Part shown: piece after piece, positions 32,583-53,880 of the stretch
Layout of the letters: each line of letters begins with the position of its first letter
How positions within the stretch are numbered: the first letter of the stretch is position 1
Source of the DNA: the human T2T-CHM13v2.0 reference genome, Homo sapiens
Length of the DNA stretch: 64,000 bases
NCBI RefSeq assembly: GCF_009914755.1
Contig: NC_060927.1
Direction: 5' to 3' (one strand)
Notes under the pieces: model-generated
What the model was told of the DNA's origin: nothing
Databases searched by the model: none
Seen by the model: the letters and a program-made list of their open reading frames with translations, nothing else
Program-made: the position numbers and the translations under genes

Positions 32583-32893
32583 AGCTGGGCGTGGTGACTC
32601 ACTCCTGTAATCCCAGCACTTTCGGAGGCTGAGGCGGATGGATCACATGAGGTCAGGAGTTAGAGACCAGCCTGGCCAACATGGTGAAACCCCATCTCTA
32701 CTAAAAAAGAAAAAAACACAAAAATTAGCTGGGTGTGGTGGTGCACACCTGTAGTCCCAGCTACTTGAGAGGTTCAGGCACGAGAATCACTTGAAACCAG
32801 GAGGTGGAAGCTTCAGTTAATCAAGATTGCACCACTGCACCTCCAGCCTGGGTAACAGAGTGAGAACCTGTCTCAAAAAATAAAAAAACAAAA
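32583..32893 (+). mobile_element. Alu (S-type)
   Basis: sense dimer with A-tail. Confidence 0.9.
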
Positions 32894-33302
32894 CTTAACT
32901 TTGGAGCAAATTAAACCAAATTAAGAAGGAATGGGGTTGGCATGAGCTCCTACTTGTGTTTACTTGCGAGTCGCAGGAAAATCCGGGTCCTTGGTCTTGT
33001 TGTTTGTCTGTAAGACAGCGTGTGCTTGCCTGAAGTGCATCTGCATTTCTCAGGTAAGATGGACAGCCACAGGGAAAACTGCTTAGGGGGATAAAAGAAG
33101 AGTAAGAATGTGGGGTTGTGTTTCTTTTTGGTCTTTTTTCTCTGTTGGGCTTTTTGTTTATTTATTTTGGCTTATAATGCAGCACATTGTATATATAATT
33201 TTGTAGCTTCTTTAAAATTTCTACATTACAAAATAAATATTTCATTCTTAAAAATGTATGTGCATACCATTTTTAATGACTGTATAATATTCTATCTGAG
33301 TA

Positions 33303-33442
33303 GACCAGGCACGGTGGCTCATACCTATAATCCCAGCACTTTGGGAGGCTGAGGCGGGAGGATCACTTGAGGCCAGGAGCTGGAGACCAGCCTGGGCAAA
33401 CATGAGACCTCATCTCTTTAAAAAAAAAAAAAAAAAAAAAAA
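33303..33442 (+). mobile_element. free left Alu monomer (FLAM-like); L1 inserted at its A-tail
   Basis: single left arm plus 23-nt A-run. Confidence 0.8.
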
Positions 33443-33480
33443 GCTGGCAGCCAAGATGGCCAAATAGGAACAGCTCCGGT

Positions 33481-33894
33481 CTACAGCTCCCAGCATGAGC
33501 AACGCAGAAGATGGGTGATTTCTGCATTTTCCATCTGAGGTACTGGGTTCATCTCACTAGGGAGTGCCAGACAGTGGGCACAGGACAGTGGGTGCAGCGC
33601 ACCGTGCGCAAGCCGAAGCAGGGCGAGGCATTGCCTCACTCGAGAAGTGCAAGGGGTCAGGGAGTTCCCTTTCCTAGTCAAAGAAAGGGGTGACAGATGG
33701 CACCTGGAAAATCGGGTCACTCTCACCCTAATACTGCGCTTTTCCGACAGGCTTAAAAAACGGCGCACCAGGAGATTATATCCCGCACATGGCTCAGAGG
33801 GTCCTACGCCCACGGAGTCTTGCTGATTGCTAGCACAGCAGTCTGAGATCAAACTGCAAGGCGGCAGCCAGGCTGGGGGAGGGGCGCCTGCCAT
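33481..33894 (-). CDS. L1 ORF0-like antisense ORF, 137 aa from the canonical MAGAPPP ATG
   Basis: MAGAPPPAWLPPCSLISDCCASNQQDSVGVGPSEP matches the L1 ORF0 N-terminus; no stop until 33481; translation not shown. Confidence 0.5.
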   Translation of the reverse strand: MAGAPPPAWLPPCSLISDCCASNQQDSVGVGPSEPCAGYNLLVRRFLSLSEKRSIRVRVTRFSRCHLSPLSLTRKGNSLTPCTSRVRQCLALLRLAHGALHPLSCAHCLALPSEMNPVPQMENAEITHLLRCSCWEL

Positions 33895-34476
33895 TGCCCA
33901 GGCTTGCTTAGGTAAACAAAGCAGCCAGGAGGCTCGAACTGGGTGGAGCCCACCACAGCTCAAGGAGGCCTGCCTGCCTCTGTAGGCTCCACCTCTGGGG
34001 GCAGGGCACAGACAAACAAAAAGACAGCAGTAACCTCTGCAGTGTTAAATATCCCTGTCTGACAGCTTTGAAGAGAGCAGTGGTTCTCCCAGCACACCTC
34101 TGGAGATCTGAGAATGGGCAGACTGCCTCCTCAAGTGGGTCCCTGACCCCTGACCCCCGAGCAGCCTACCTGGGAGGCACCCCCCAGTAGGGGCAGATTG
34201 ACAGCCCACACGGCCGGGTACTCCTCTGAGACAAAACTTCCAGAGAAATGATCAGACAGCAGCATTCGTGGTTCACGAAAATCTGCTGTTCTGCAGCCAC
34301 CACTGCTGATACCCAGGCAAACAGGGTCTGGAGTGGACCGCTAGCAAACTCCAACAGACCTGCAGCTGAGGGTCCTGTCTGTTAGAAGGAAAACTAACAA
34401 ACAGAAAGACATCCGCACCAAAAACCCATCTGTACATCACCATCATCAGAGACCAAAAGTAGATAAAACCACAAAG

Positions 34477-35490
34477 ATGGGGAAAAAACAGAGCAGAAAA
34501 ACTGGAAACTCTAAAAAGCAGAGCGCCTCTCCTCCTCCAAAGGAACGCAGTTCCTCACCAGCAACGGAACAAAGCTGGATGGAGAATGACTTTGACGAGT
34601 TGAGAGAAGGCTTCAGATGATCAAACTACTCTGAGCTACAGGAGGAAATTCAAACCAAAGGCAAAGAAGTTAAAAACTTTGAAAAAAATTTAGATGAATG
34701 TATAACTAGAATAACCAATACAGAGAAGTGCTTAAAGGAGCTGATGGAGCTGAAAGCCAAGGCTCGAGAACTATGTGAAGAATGCAGAAGCCTCAGGAGC
34801 CGATGCGATCAGCTGGAAGAAAGGGTATCAGTGATGGAAGATGAAATGAATGAAATGAAGTGAGAAGGGAAGTTTAGAGAAAAAAGAATAAAAAGAAACA
34901 AGCAAAGCCTCCAGGAAATATGGGACTATGTGAAAAGACCAAATCTACGTCTGATTGGTGTACCTGAAAGTGACGGGGAGAATGGAACCAAGTTGGAAAA
35001 CACTCTGCAGGATATTATCCAGGAGAACTTCCCCAATCTAGCAAGGCAGGCCAACATTCAGATTCAGGAAATACAGAGAACGCCACAAAGATACTCCTCG
35101 AGAAGAGCAACTCCAAGACACATAATTGTCAGATTCACCAAAGTTGAAATGAAGGAAAAAATGTTAAGGGCAGCCAGAGAGAAAGGTCGGGTTACCCACA
35201 AAGGGAAGCCCATCAGACTAACAGCGGATCTCTCGGCAGAAACTCTACAAGCCAGAAGAGAGTGGGGGCCAATATTCAACATTCTTAAAGAAAAGAATTT
35301 TCAACCCAGAATTTCATATCCAGCCAAACTAAGCTTCATAAGTGAAGAAGAAATAAAATACTTTACAGACAAGCAAATGCTGAGAGATTTTGTCACCACC
35401 AGGCCTGCCCTAAAAGAGCTCCTGAAGGAAGCACTAAACATGGAAAGGAACAACCTGTACCAGCCACTGCAAAATCATGCCAAATTGTAA
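34477..35490 (+). pseudogene. L1 ORF1p, disrupted
   Basis: ATG GGG AAA AAA CAG start; in-frame TGA at 34618 and 34861; RRM/CTD part open (34930-35490). Confidence 0.92.
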
Positions 35491-35538
35491 AGACCATCGA
35501 GGCTAGGAAGAAACTGCATCAACTAACAAGCAAAATAA

Positions 35539-39380
<3,842 letters not shown>

Positions 39381-40016
39381 AACACATGGACACAGGAAGG
39401 GGAACATCACACTCTGGGGACTGTTGTGGGGTTGGGGGAGAGGGGAGGGATAGCATTAGGAGATATACCTGATGCTAAATGACGAGTTAATGAGTGCAGC
39501 ACACCAGCATGGCACATGTATACATATGTAACTAACCTGCACATTGTGCACATGTACCCTAAAACTTAAAGTATAAAAAAAAAAATCTGGCAAATTTTTT
39601 GCCAGAACTGCAATTTACTCGAACATTTTCCTTGCCTTAGTACAGTTGCTTTTAGTTTTTCAATTATAATTAAGTCTTCTTAGATAAAGGATTTAAAAAA
39701 AAAAAAAACCCTTTCCTATTCTACATGAGAATTTGACCTTTGGTTAACTTTCTAGCTCTGTTTTCCTTGAGATCTCATAAAAGTGGACTATCAACGGTTT
39801 TACTAGGCAACATTGCTTATGTAAAAATGGCCTTTGCTTGGGAAACTGCATCTGAACTGAGAAAACCATAACTACCTGGTGAGAAGTCTTCCTCAGGGCC
39901 TCCTTGAGTGCAGTGACTCCTCCTGGTCCTGCCTCCTACCTACTAAGTTGTTACAGGAGATACTTTTGTAGGGCATATGAGGTTTTGAAGCCAGGGTCAT
40001 TCTTTTGTCTGTATGA

Positions 40017-40493
<477 letters not shown>

Positions 40494-40981
40494 TCATGGT
40501 GGTCTTATAAGTCTGAATGTTTAGTGGTATCAAAGAAGACCCTTGGTGGACTTGGCATCCTACATTTAGGATTATTTCCTTAGGAGAGCTTCACCAAAGT
40601 AGAATAACTGGGTCCCATACTATGGGCTCCTTAATACAGATATAAAGTCAAGTCTATTTCCCAAAGAGTTGTATCACCAGCTTTCACCAGCTGTGCAATG
40701 AGGCAGCCATTTCTAGGTACTCTCACCAGAATTTTTTTGAAATTTTGTAGATTTGATCATAAAAATTGGTTTCTTGTCATAATTTACAGTTTTAAAAAAT
40801 CTTAAACTGTAGGTTTGAGAACTGCTAGCATTTCCTCTTTTGTGAATTGATGCTTTCTTTCGCCCAGAAAAAAAGTTAAATTGCAAGTAAACGGGATTTA
40901 AAAATTTTAAATTGCAAAGTGCAACCAGATGTAAGAGGCATTTTCCCCCTCTGTTCTAAACTGCTTTTTCTGCCCTTCTAG

Positions 40982-41059
40982 GTCTACGAGGCCCTTCTCC
41001 CCCAGTATGCCAAACTCGAGCAGAGAATCTTGTCTCAGACCCGGGGGCCTCCGGAGTGA
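40982..41059 (+). CDS. XYLB: XYLB terminal coding exon: VYEALLPQYAKLEQRILSQTRGPPE*
   Basis: ccttctag|GTC; TGA at 41057-41059; the ten exons total 846 bp = 281 codons plus stop. Confidence 0.95.
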   Translation, partial: VYEALLPQYAKLEQRILSQTRGPPE

Positions 41060-43030
41060 ACAGGCATCCCTGTTGCCCCTGCCTGCCCAGATTTACTGAC
41101 CCCATTTGTCGACATGGCCCCAGACAGGAGGGATCCACTTCTCTGTTCTGAACAGCTCTTCCTGCCCCTACTGACTCCTTGGAGTGTCCAGGACCATCTT
41201 AAAGCCGCCCTCAGCACATCTGCATGAAGATAGATAGGCACTCCTGTCCCTGTGCCCGTGTGCCCCAGGGCAGGAAAGCATCTCTCTTTTCCTGTCTTTT
41301 ATCCCAGGAGGCAGGACAACACTGAGACTGGGATATGTCCAATAAAAACTATGACTTTTCCCCTTGCAGAGGCAGAATTAAAGCTAATCTAGGGACTCAA
41401 ATCAGCAGAATGGGGGAGACAAAGCCCGGTCTCACCCCCTAACCTCATCCTATCTCTTTCTCCAACCCTGACTGCCCACTCCTCCGCAAACCGTGACCCA
41501 TAGCCGCCCCCACCCCATACCTTGATCTACCATCCATCCTCTTCCCCAATCCAAACCCCACAGTCTCTTCTCTCCCACACCCTGCCCTCCTTGTTTCAGC
41601 TGTCTGAGGTGCCTCGCAGGGCCTCTCTTACTTGCCCCATGCTCACCCTTTCCATGCTGTCCCCATTCTCTCCTTTCACCATCTCTCCTCTCCCCCTCCT
41701 TCATCTCTCCTCCCTCCCCAAACTCACTTGGCATAATTCACAACCTCCCACCCAAACAATGGGCCTGGTGGACGTGCTTCCTGTGCCCTCCCTTTAGCTA
41801 TGCCCACAGATCACTGAGAGGGACCATCTCCCAAGTGGTGCAGTTTAGAACTTCTCTCCCTTTTTCTCCCTCATTCCCTCTCTCTTCTTGCAGTCCACTT
41901 GCTGAAGAAGTTGTGTCATTTCTCTGGAAGAATTTCCAAAATTCTGGATTTCTTTTTTATTTTGGAGTATTTCATCAGCTGAAAAGTGATTCTTACTTTG
42001 AGTTTTCTTCCTATATTTGTATAGTGAGTTCCTTTTTCCTTCCTCTTTATCCCTCCTGTTTTACTTTATACCTCTCTATTCCTTGCTCAAATTATTGCAA
42101 AAGCCTCTATAGAAAGTCCTCTGTGATCTGACTCCTGCAGACTCTTCCAGATTTTTCTGCCCAAGGCCTTTACTGAGCTCAGGACTCCAGCTAAATCAAA
42201 ATACTCATGTTCTCACCCAGAGTGACAAAATCCTGCAGATAGGTTTAAGACCTAGTGGATCAGAGCAGTAGCTACTGGGAAGTTAAAAGGAAGGGGCTTA
42301 GAAAATGAATGGGACCAAAGGCATCACTTCTGATGGAGATGAAGCCATCTTGAAAGTGAGTGGTGTCCTTTGGAGGCATGGTGGATGAAAGGCGCAAAGG
42401 AAGCAAGAGGTTAAAGATAATGGCCCATTAGATACAACAGCAAGCCCAAGATTCCGAAGAAGACAGACAACTCCCCCTAGTACCACCTAGACATTACTTT
42501 TTAAAGACATTTTACATTATTGTCCAGCAGAAAAAGGCTGTCTTGGACCATGAAACAGTAAACTGTAACTAAACACTTCAACATGAATTTGAAAATAAAT
42601 AATTGTGGATATAAAAGAACACCAGAGATCAGAAATTCAAAAACTCAGAATAAAAATGAAAAAGCTACAAGCATATATGAGAAGAGAACTGACTGAACTT
42701 GGGAAATAATTTGAACAAAAAGATAAATCTTCACAGATATGAATACTAAATTATATCTTAATGAAAATAGATATGGTCACAAGTACATTAAGGCACGTAG
42801 AAGGTAGGAGTAAGAAAAGCTAAGAGAAGCAAAACAAACAAAGCAATATTAAAGGAAGAGCCAAAAAGACCCAGAAATAAAATGACAGATAAAGAAGATT
42901 GTCAAAGAAAAGATGATACAGGTAAGATTGGAACTCATGAAGACAAAAGATAAGACAGTGGCATAGAGTTAATATTTAAAATTCAAATATTAAAACTCAA
43001 ATAAACCCCAAAGAACTTTTGGAAAACAAA
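41060..43030 (+). other. XYLB: XYLB 3' UTR (end approximate)
   Basis: follows the stop codon; AATAAA at 41341, 42594 and 43000 among others; the end actually used cannot be read from sequence. Confidence 0.55.
41341..41346 (+). terminator. candidate proximal polyadenylation signal AATAAA
   Basis: first canonical hexamer, about 280 nt after the stop. Confidence 0.45.
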
Positions 43031-43507
43031 AGAAAACCTTAAACTTTATCTTGAAAGGGTCTATCTTGTTACTTAGAATATTGAATCAGAATGATTAGCT
43101 CTGAGACATAGCCTACCAACTATACTTTGAAGCCAAAGAAAAAGAACTATGTAAGCCTCTAGGCCAAAAGACCTAGTCTCTTACAAAGGAAAGACCTGGT
43201 TGGCCTCAAACTTCTCAATAAAGCAAGATAGCAATGGGGCAACCTTTTCAAGAAACTCAAAGTATGAACTGAGGATTTCATATTTCACCAAGCTGTCCTT
43301 TAAGTATCAAGGATATAGGAAGAAGTTTTAATTACACAAGAGCCCAGGGACTATTATACTCACAACTTCTTCCTTAGAATTCTACTAAAAGACAAGCTTC
43401 ATCCAACTAGATGATTGGGGAAACTTGAGCAAAAGGACTGGACATGACCATTGAATATCTTTGTAGATCTGAGGCCAAATGGAAGTGGGGATAAGGGTGG
43501 AAGAACC

Positions 43508-44188
<681 letters not shown>

Positions 44189-45150
44189 AATAGTATCAAA
44201 CTATATATGCTTTGACAAGACAGAAGTAACAAAACAAAAAAGAAGGGAGAGAGGAAGAGGAAAATACAAAGAACTCCTTGTTGCTTAGGCAATATGTAGA
44301 AGTCAAATAGTATTATTTAAAGTTGACAAACCAAGTATATGAAGTGTAAGTAAGGAAAAAGGGAGATTTAGAGCATTAAAGGTGTACTATACTATTAATA
44401 GTATAGAATACATAGTATAATTACTAGAATAAAAATGTAAATCATCAATGCTCAAAGAAGCAATAATAAAGATTACAGTGAAAAACATGCAGTAAATGTA
44501 CCATCATACAGTAAATATATTAAGTCCAAGCATATAAGTTAAATCAGTACATGTGAAAGGACTTACCTATTAAAAGGAATATCAGATTGGCTTACAAACC
44601 AATGTCTTATTGTCTGTTATTTATAAGAGACACATCTAAAGTAAGTGATTCAGGAGAGGCTAAAAAAAAAGAGATGGGCAAAAATAGACCAGACAAGTAG
44701 GACCACAAAAGGCAAAGATTACAGTATCCATATCTGAAAAGGTAGAATTCAGGAAAAAATAGACAAGACAATGAAGGATACATTAAAATGCTAAAAGCCA
44801 CAATTCACAAGGAGGATATACTATTTATGAGTGTTAGAGCTTCAGTTATCTGGTTTGTCAACTTTAAGTGATATTCTTTGGCTCCTGCCTATCCCCTGTA
44901 CAACAAAGAGCTCTTTCTACTTTCCTCTTTCTCTCTCCCTCCTTTTTCATTGTTTCCGTTGTGTTACTTCTGCCTTGTCAAAGCACATAACATTTGCATA
45001 ACAAATTATGCAAGGAAAAATGAATAGAAACCTAGAAATAACAGAGAAATTTAAAACACCTCTCTCTCATCCAAGACTGAAGTTAAGAAGACAAAAAATA
45101 CATATAACGATATAAGTGATCTGAGTAACAGTATCTATAAAGTAGATCTA

Positions 45151-45375
<225 letters not shown>

Positions 45376-45644
45376 CTAGGAATCAAGATTGTTGTCCCAC
45401 AGCAGCCTCACACACCTGGCATAGCAGTGATTAAACTCATTGGGAGCTATCTCAAAAATAATTGTGAGTGAGGCTTTTGGTACATAGAGTAGACTCCAAT
45501 CAGACACATAAAGCCCACAGTACATTTTAGGAAGCTATACTAATGGCATTAACCTGGATTAAAAGGGACTAAATGTTAAAAGACCCTGGACCCCCAACTT
45601 TCTATGGGCAACAAGCAGGCATAGTTGCTCAAAAGACAGTTTCT

Positions 45645-46255
<611 letters not shown>

Positions 46256-46806
46256 GATATATATATATGTATGTATGTATCTATGTATCAGAAAAAAACG
46301 CAAGTACACTTTAAGCATATTTTAAAATGCTTACTGACAAAAATCAAAGAGTTTGATAAAATTCTGTGTTACCATGGCTGTGGAGAAATAGGCATTCGTA
46401 TACATTTCTGGTAGGAGTGCAATTTTGTGAAACTCCTAAAGGGGGAAATTGGGCAACATCAACAAAACTAAATATGAGTATGACTTAACCATTCCAATAG
46501 GAATCTGCACAAAGACACAATTCCAACATACAAGACAACATATGTATAAGGTTATTGTGAAATTATTGATAACAGCGAAGTACTTGGGAAAAGGCACATA
46601 TACATTAATATAGGACAGATTGAATAGATTATAATGCATCCACACAATAAAAAAGAATGAGGAAGATCTCTATGTACCAATGATGGGTAAATTCCATAAA
46701 CAAAGGACAGTTCTCTACTTAGTTCTTTTTATTCCACTTAACAAAGTTTTATAGTTTTTAGTGTATGTCTTACACATATTTTGTTAAATTATTTGATATT
46801 TCAAAA

Positions 46807-46889
46807 ATGTTTTGTGATAAAATGTGTGACATTTATCACTTTAACCATGTTTTGTGATAAAATGTATGACATTTATCATTTTAACCATG
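46807..46889 (+). repeat. 40-bp tandem duplication
   Basis: atgttttgtgataaaatgt(g/a)tgacatttatca(c/t)tttaacc twice. Confidence 0.9.
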
Positions 46890-47617
46890 GAAAAGTGTTC
46901 ATTTTTTCAATTGTTTTTGCTAGCATTTAGGAATATTCCATGGTATGTTGAATTATTCATTGTGAACATATTAAGATCAAATTCAGTAGCATTAGGTATA
47001 TTACCAATATTATGCTACCATCACCACCACACATTTCCAAAACCTTTTTATCATTCTAGACTGAAACTCTACTCACTAAACAATAACTCCTATTTTTCTC
47101 TCCCCAGCCCTTGATAACCGCTATCCTTTCTGTCTCTATGGATTTGCCTATTCTAGGTTTTTCATATAAGTGGTATCATACATGTTTCCTCTTGTTTCTG
47201 GCTTATTCCACTTCGTGTGATATTTTATTAAATTTTGCATGTGTAAAATAGTTAATATTTTAATGTTTTAAATTTAAAGGTTCATTCACATTGTAGCAAG
47301 GCTGAATAATATTCCGCTGTGTTTATATACCACATCCTGTTTATCCATTCATCCATCAGTGGACATTTAAGTTGTTTTCACCTTTTGGTGATTGTAAATA
47401 ATGCTGCTATGAACATTGATGTACAAATATCTGAGTCCGTGCTTTCAATTTTTTGGGTATATACCTAGAAGTGGAATTGCTGAATCATATAGTAATTCTG
47501 TTTAACTTTTTGAGGACCCACCACAGTTTTCCACAGTAGCTGCACCATTTTACATTCCCCAGCAGTAATGCACAGGGATCTAGTTTCTCTACATCCTTGT
47601 CAACACTTGTTATTTTT

Positions 47618-47620
<3 letters not shown>

Positions 47621-47676
<56 letters not shown>
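47621..47676. repeat. (TA)28 microsatellite
   Basis: uninterrupted 56 bp. Confidence 0.97.
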
Positions 47677-47681
<5 letters not shown>

Positions 47682-47890
47682 GCCATCGTTATGGATGTGA
47701 AGTGAAATTTCATTGTGGTTTTTATTTGTGTTTTCCTAATGACTAGTGATGTTAAGCACTTTTCATGTTCTTATTTGCCGTTTGTACACATTTAATTGTT
47801 TTGATGCTGTTGGAAAAGTGTTTCATTTTTTCAATTGTTTTTGCTAGCATGTAGAGATAGTCTATGGTATATGGAATTATTTGTTGCTAA

Positions 47891-48193
<303 letters not shown>

Positions 48194-48834
48194 TAAGAAT
48201 CAATTTTTGTTTGATTTTGTGTCTTGCAACTTTATTAAATTCACTTACTAGTTATGGTAGTATTTTGTATTAGTAGGATATGTAGGGTTTCTATCCATCA
48301 TGTCATGTCATCTATAAAAACAAAGACAGTTTTCTTCTCTTCAATCTGTAAGCATTTTATTTCATTTTCTTGCCTTTCTGCAATGGCTAGAATGTCTAGT
48401 ATAGTGTTGAATAGAAGCAGGGAGAGCAATAATCCTTGCCTTGTTCCTGATCTTAGCGGACAGCATTTTATCACTAAGAGTGTGTGTGTGAATACGCCCT
48501 CCATCGGGCTAAGAAATTTCCCTTTCATTTCTTGCTGGAGGTGGGGAGGAATATTTAAAAAGAATGTGTAGGTTTGTCTTGAATTTTGTTAAATGTTTTG
48601 CATGTATGTGTTATGGTTTTGGTATTATGTGTTCCTTAAATATTTGATTGAATTCACCAGTGAAACCATCTTAGTTAGATGTTTTCTTTGTGGAACTTTT
48701 AAGTGAAAACTCAATTTACATAAAAATATATGGCCCTTCAGATTTTGTACTTCTTTTTGTGTCAGTGTTAATAATACGTATCTTTCAAAGAATATCCCCC
48801 TTTTTTTTTTGGTAGAGATAGGGTTTTGCCATGT

Positions 48835-49329
48835 TGTTGGTAGCAAGCCCTAACCCTGTCATAAACAGGCCTTAAATAAACTGGCCATAAACAGGATTTC
48901 TGCAGCAATGGGACATGCTCATGATGGCTGTCATGCACACTGCGAAAAGTTGTTGGTTTACTGGAGCAGGGCAAGGAACACCTGGCCCCGCCCGGAGCAA
49001 AAAACTGCTCAAACCACAAACGATAGCAGGAAAGGCCTGTGCCTTGGCAGCATGTTTTTGCTGCAGATAATCAGCCAGAGCCTGTTTCTCTGCTCCTCGC
49101 TGAGATTGCTTTGTTTCCCATAAAGATTGCTTTTAGCTAATCTACAATCTATAGAAGCAATGCTTATCACTGGCTTTCTGTCAATAAATGTGTGGGTCAA
49201 GCTCTGTTTGTGGCTCTCAGCTCTGAACGCTGTCACCCCTGATCCCCACTTTATACTGTATTCCTGTGTCTGTCTTAATTACTGTAGCGCCGCTGGGTTG
49301 GAGTCTCCACGACCGAGCTGGTCTCGGCA
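48835..49329 (+). mobile_element. 5' LTR (MER9B-like)
   Basis: TG...CA termini; aaactggccataaaca and gggcaaggaacacctggcc MER9 motifs; AATAAA at 49183. Confidence 0.88.
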
Positions 49330-49331
49330 AG

Positions 49332-49357
49332 TGGTGCCCAACACGGGGGCTCGAACC
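49332..49357 (+). promoter_or_regulatory. primer-binding site, tRNA-Lys(CTT)-like
   Basis: tggtgcccaacacgggggctcgaacc versus tggcgcccaacgtggggctcgaacc. Confidence 0.8.
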
Positions 49358-49480
49358 TGGGTCGAATAGTCGCCAGAGCGATGGTTAGAAAATGTGGAAC
49401 TACACTGGAGGACACCCGAGTACTGTTAAAGCAATCCTCATGGTGAGTAAGAAGGGGAGCTCAGAAGCATCAGGGTAACA

Positions 49481-50238
49481 ATGGGACAAGGGTCGAGCAG
49501 GCATGAGGCTTATTTGAGTCTGCTTCGCCATCTCAGAAAAGGAGGAGTGAACGTTAGCACTAGCTGACTTACGCAGCTTTTTAGTGCAGTAGAGAAATAT
49601 TGCCGCTGGTTTCCGGACCGAGGAACTGTGAATGTAGAGGTCTGGGAAAAGGTAGGCAGCACACTGAAAAAGGCATATAAGGATGGTGTTGGGGATATTC
49701 CTATAACTGGTCAGTGTGGGCTCTGGTTCATTCCACCTTGGAGCCTTTCCACACAGATGACGAGGAGGAGGAATCAGAGGAAGAAGGAGAGTCTAACGAA
49801 GTAACAGAAGAGGTGACAGAGCAAGTTTGCTTGCCAGCTAAAGCAGCAGAGTAGGGAGAGGTTTGTCCCTACCCCTCTACACCCCCTCATTATTTTGAAG
49901 AAAAGGAGTGGCCTGACCCTCCGAATCTTTCTTTTCCAGAGGACACTGGGCGAAAAGTAGTTGCCCCAGTGACTGAGCAGTGCCTCGAGCAACCGCTGTC
50001 AGTTCTATTCAGGCAGGAATCCAGCAAGCTAGACAAGAGGGTGATATGGATGCTTGGCAGTTTCCTGTTAGAATACACCCACCTGATCAACAGGGAAATA
50101 TTATGGCTACATTTGAGTCTTTTCCTTTTAAAATACTTAAAGAATTTAAACAATTTATTAATCAACATGGACCAGGTTTTCCTTTTGTAATGGGACTGTT
50201 AAAGAATGTTGCTGTCTCCAGTCAGATGATGCCAGCGG
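49481..50238 (+). pseudogene. gag: gag remnant (matrix to start of capsid), frameshifted and truncated
   Basis: MGQ myristoylation start; EKYCRWFPDRGT matrix motif; QQARQEGDMDAWQFPV...FESFPFKILKEFK. Confidence 0.85.
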
Positions 50239-50239
50239 T

Positions 50240-50931
50240 ATGGCAGGATCACTTCTAGGTAGGTCTAATTTACATTTAAAAGGAGTACAAGTACAAACAG
50301 GAGTCATTGATTCAGATTACAGTGGGGAAATTCAAATTGTTATATCTACTTCTGTTCCCTGGAAAGCAGAGCCAGGAGAGTGTATAGCACAACTCCTGAT
50401 TGTGCCATATGTGGAAATGGGGAGAAGTGAAACTAAACAGACAGGAGGATCTGGAAGTACAAATAAGCAAGGGAGAGCAGCTTACTGGGTAAATCAAATT
50501 ACTGATAAACATCCTACCTGTGAAATAACTATTCAGGGAAAGAAATTCAAAGGGTTGGGAGATACAGGAGCGGACGTTTCAATCATTTCTCTACAGCACT
50601 GGCCGTCTGTGTGGCCAATTCAATCCGCTCAATTTAACATAGTTGGAGTTGGTAAAGCCCCTGAAGTATATCAAAGTATTTATATTTTGCATTGTGAAGG
50701 ACCCCATGAACAATCTGGGACTATTCAGCCAATTGTAACTTCTGTACCTATAAATTTATGGGGGAGAGATTTATTACAGCAATGGGGAGCACAAGTTCCC
50801 CATTACATAGAACAATTATATAGCCCTCAAAGTCAGCATGTGATACAAGAGATGGGGTATGTGCCTGGCATGGGATTAGAAAAAAATTTACAAGGGTTAA
50901 AAAAACCAGTTCAAGCGGAAGGAAAAAATTC

Positions 50932-50959
<28 letters not shown>
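50240..50959 (+). CDS. pro: open pro ORF, 239 aa: partial dUTPase, aspartic protease, G-patch
   Basis: [14 protein letters not shown] and IAQL dUTPase motifs; DTGADVS active site; WGRDLL; [10 protein letters not shown]-patch; expression unknown. Confidence 0.7.

Positions 50960-53880
<2,921 letters not shown>

Larger units (their letters stand above)
46800..47790 (-). mobile_element. L1MB-like 3' end nested in an older L1M ORF2 remnant
   Basis: ttatccattcatccatcagtggacattt, aataatgctgctatgaacatt, atacctagaagtggaattgctg. Confidence 0.72.

Noticed and set aside
41440-42131. Pyrimidine-rich tract and 91-98 aa ORFs in the 3' UTR
   Set aside because: Low-complexity, probably degenerate repeat; no clear mirror symmetry for H-DNA and no coding signature.
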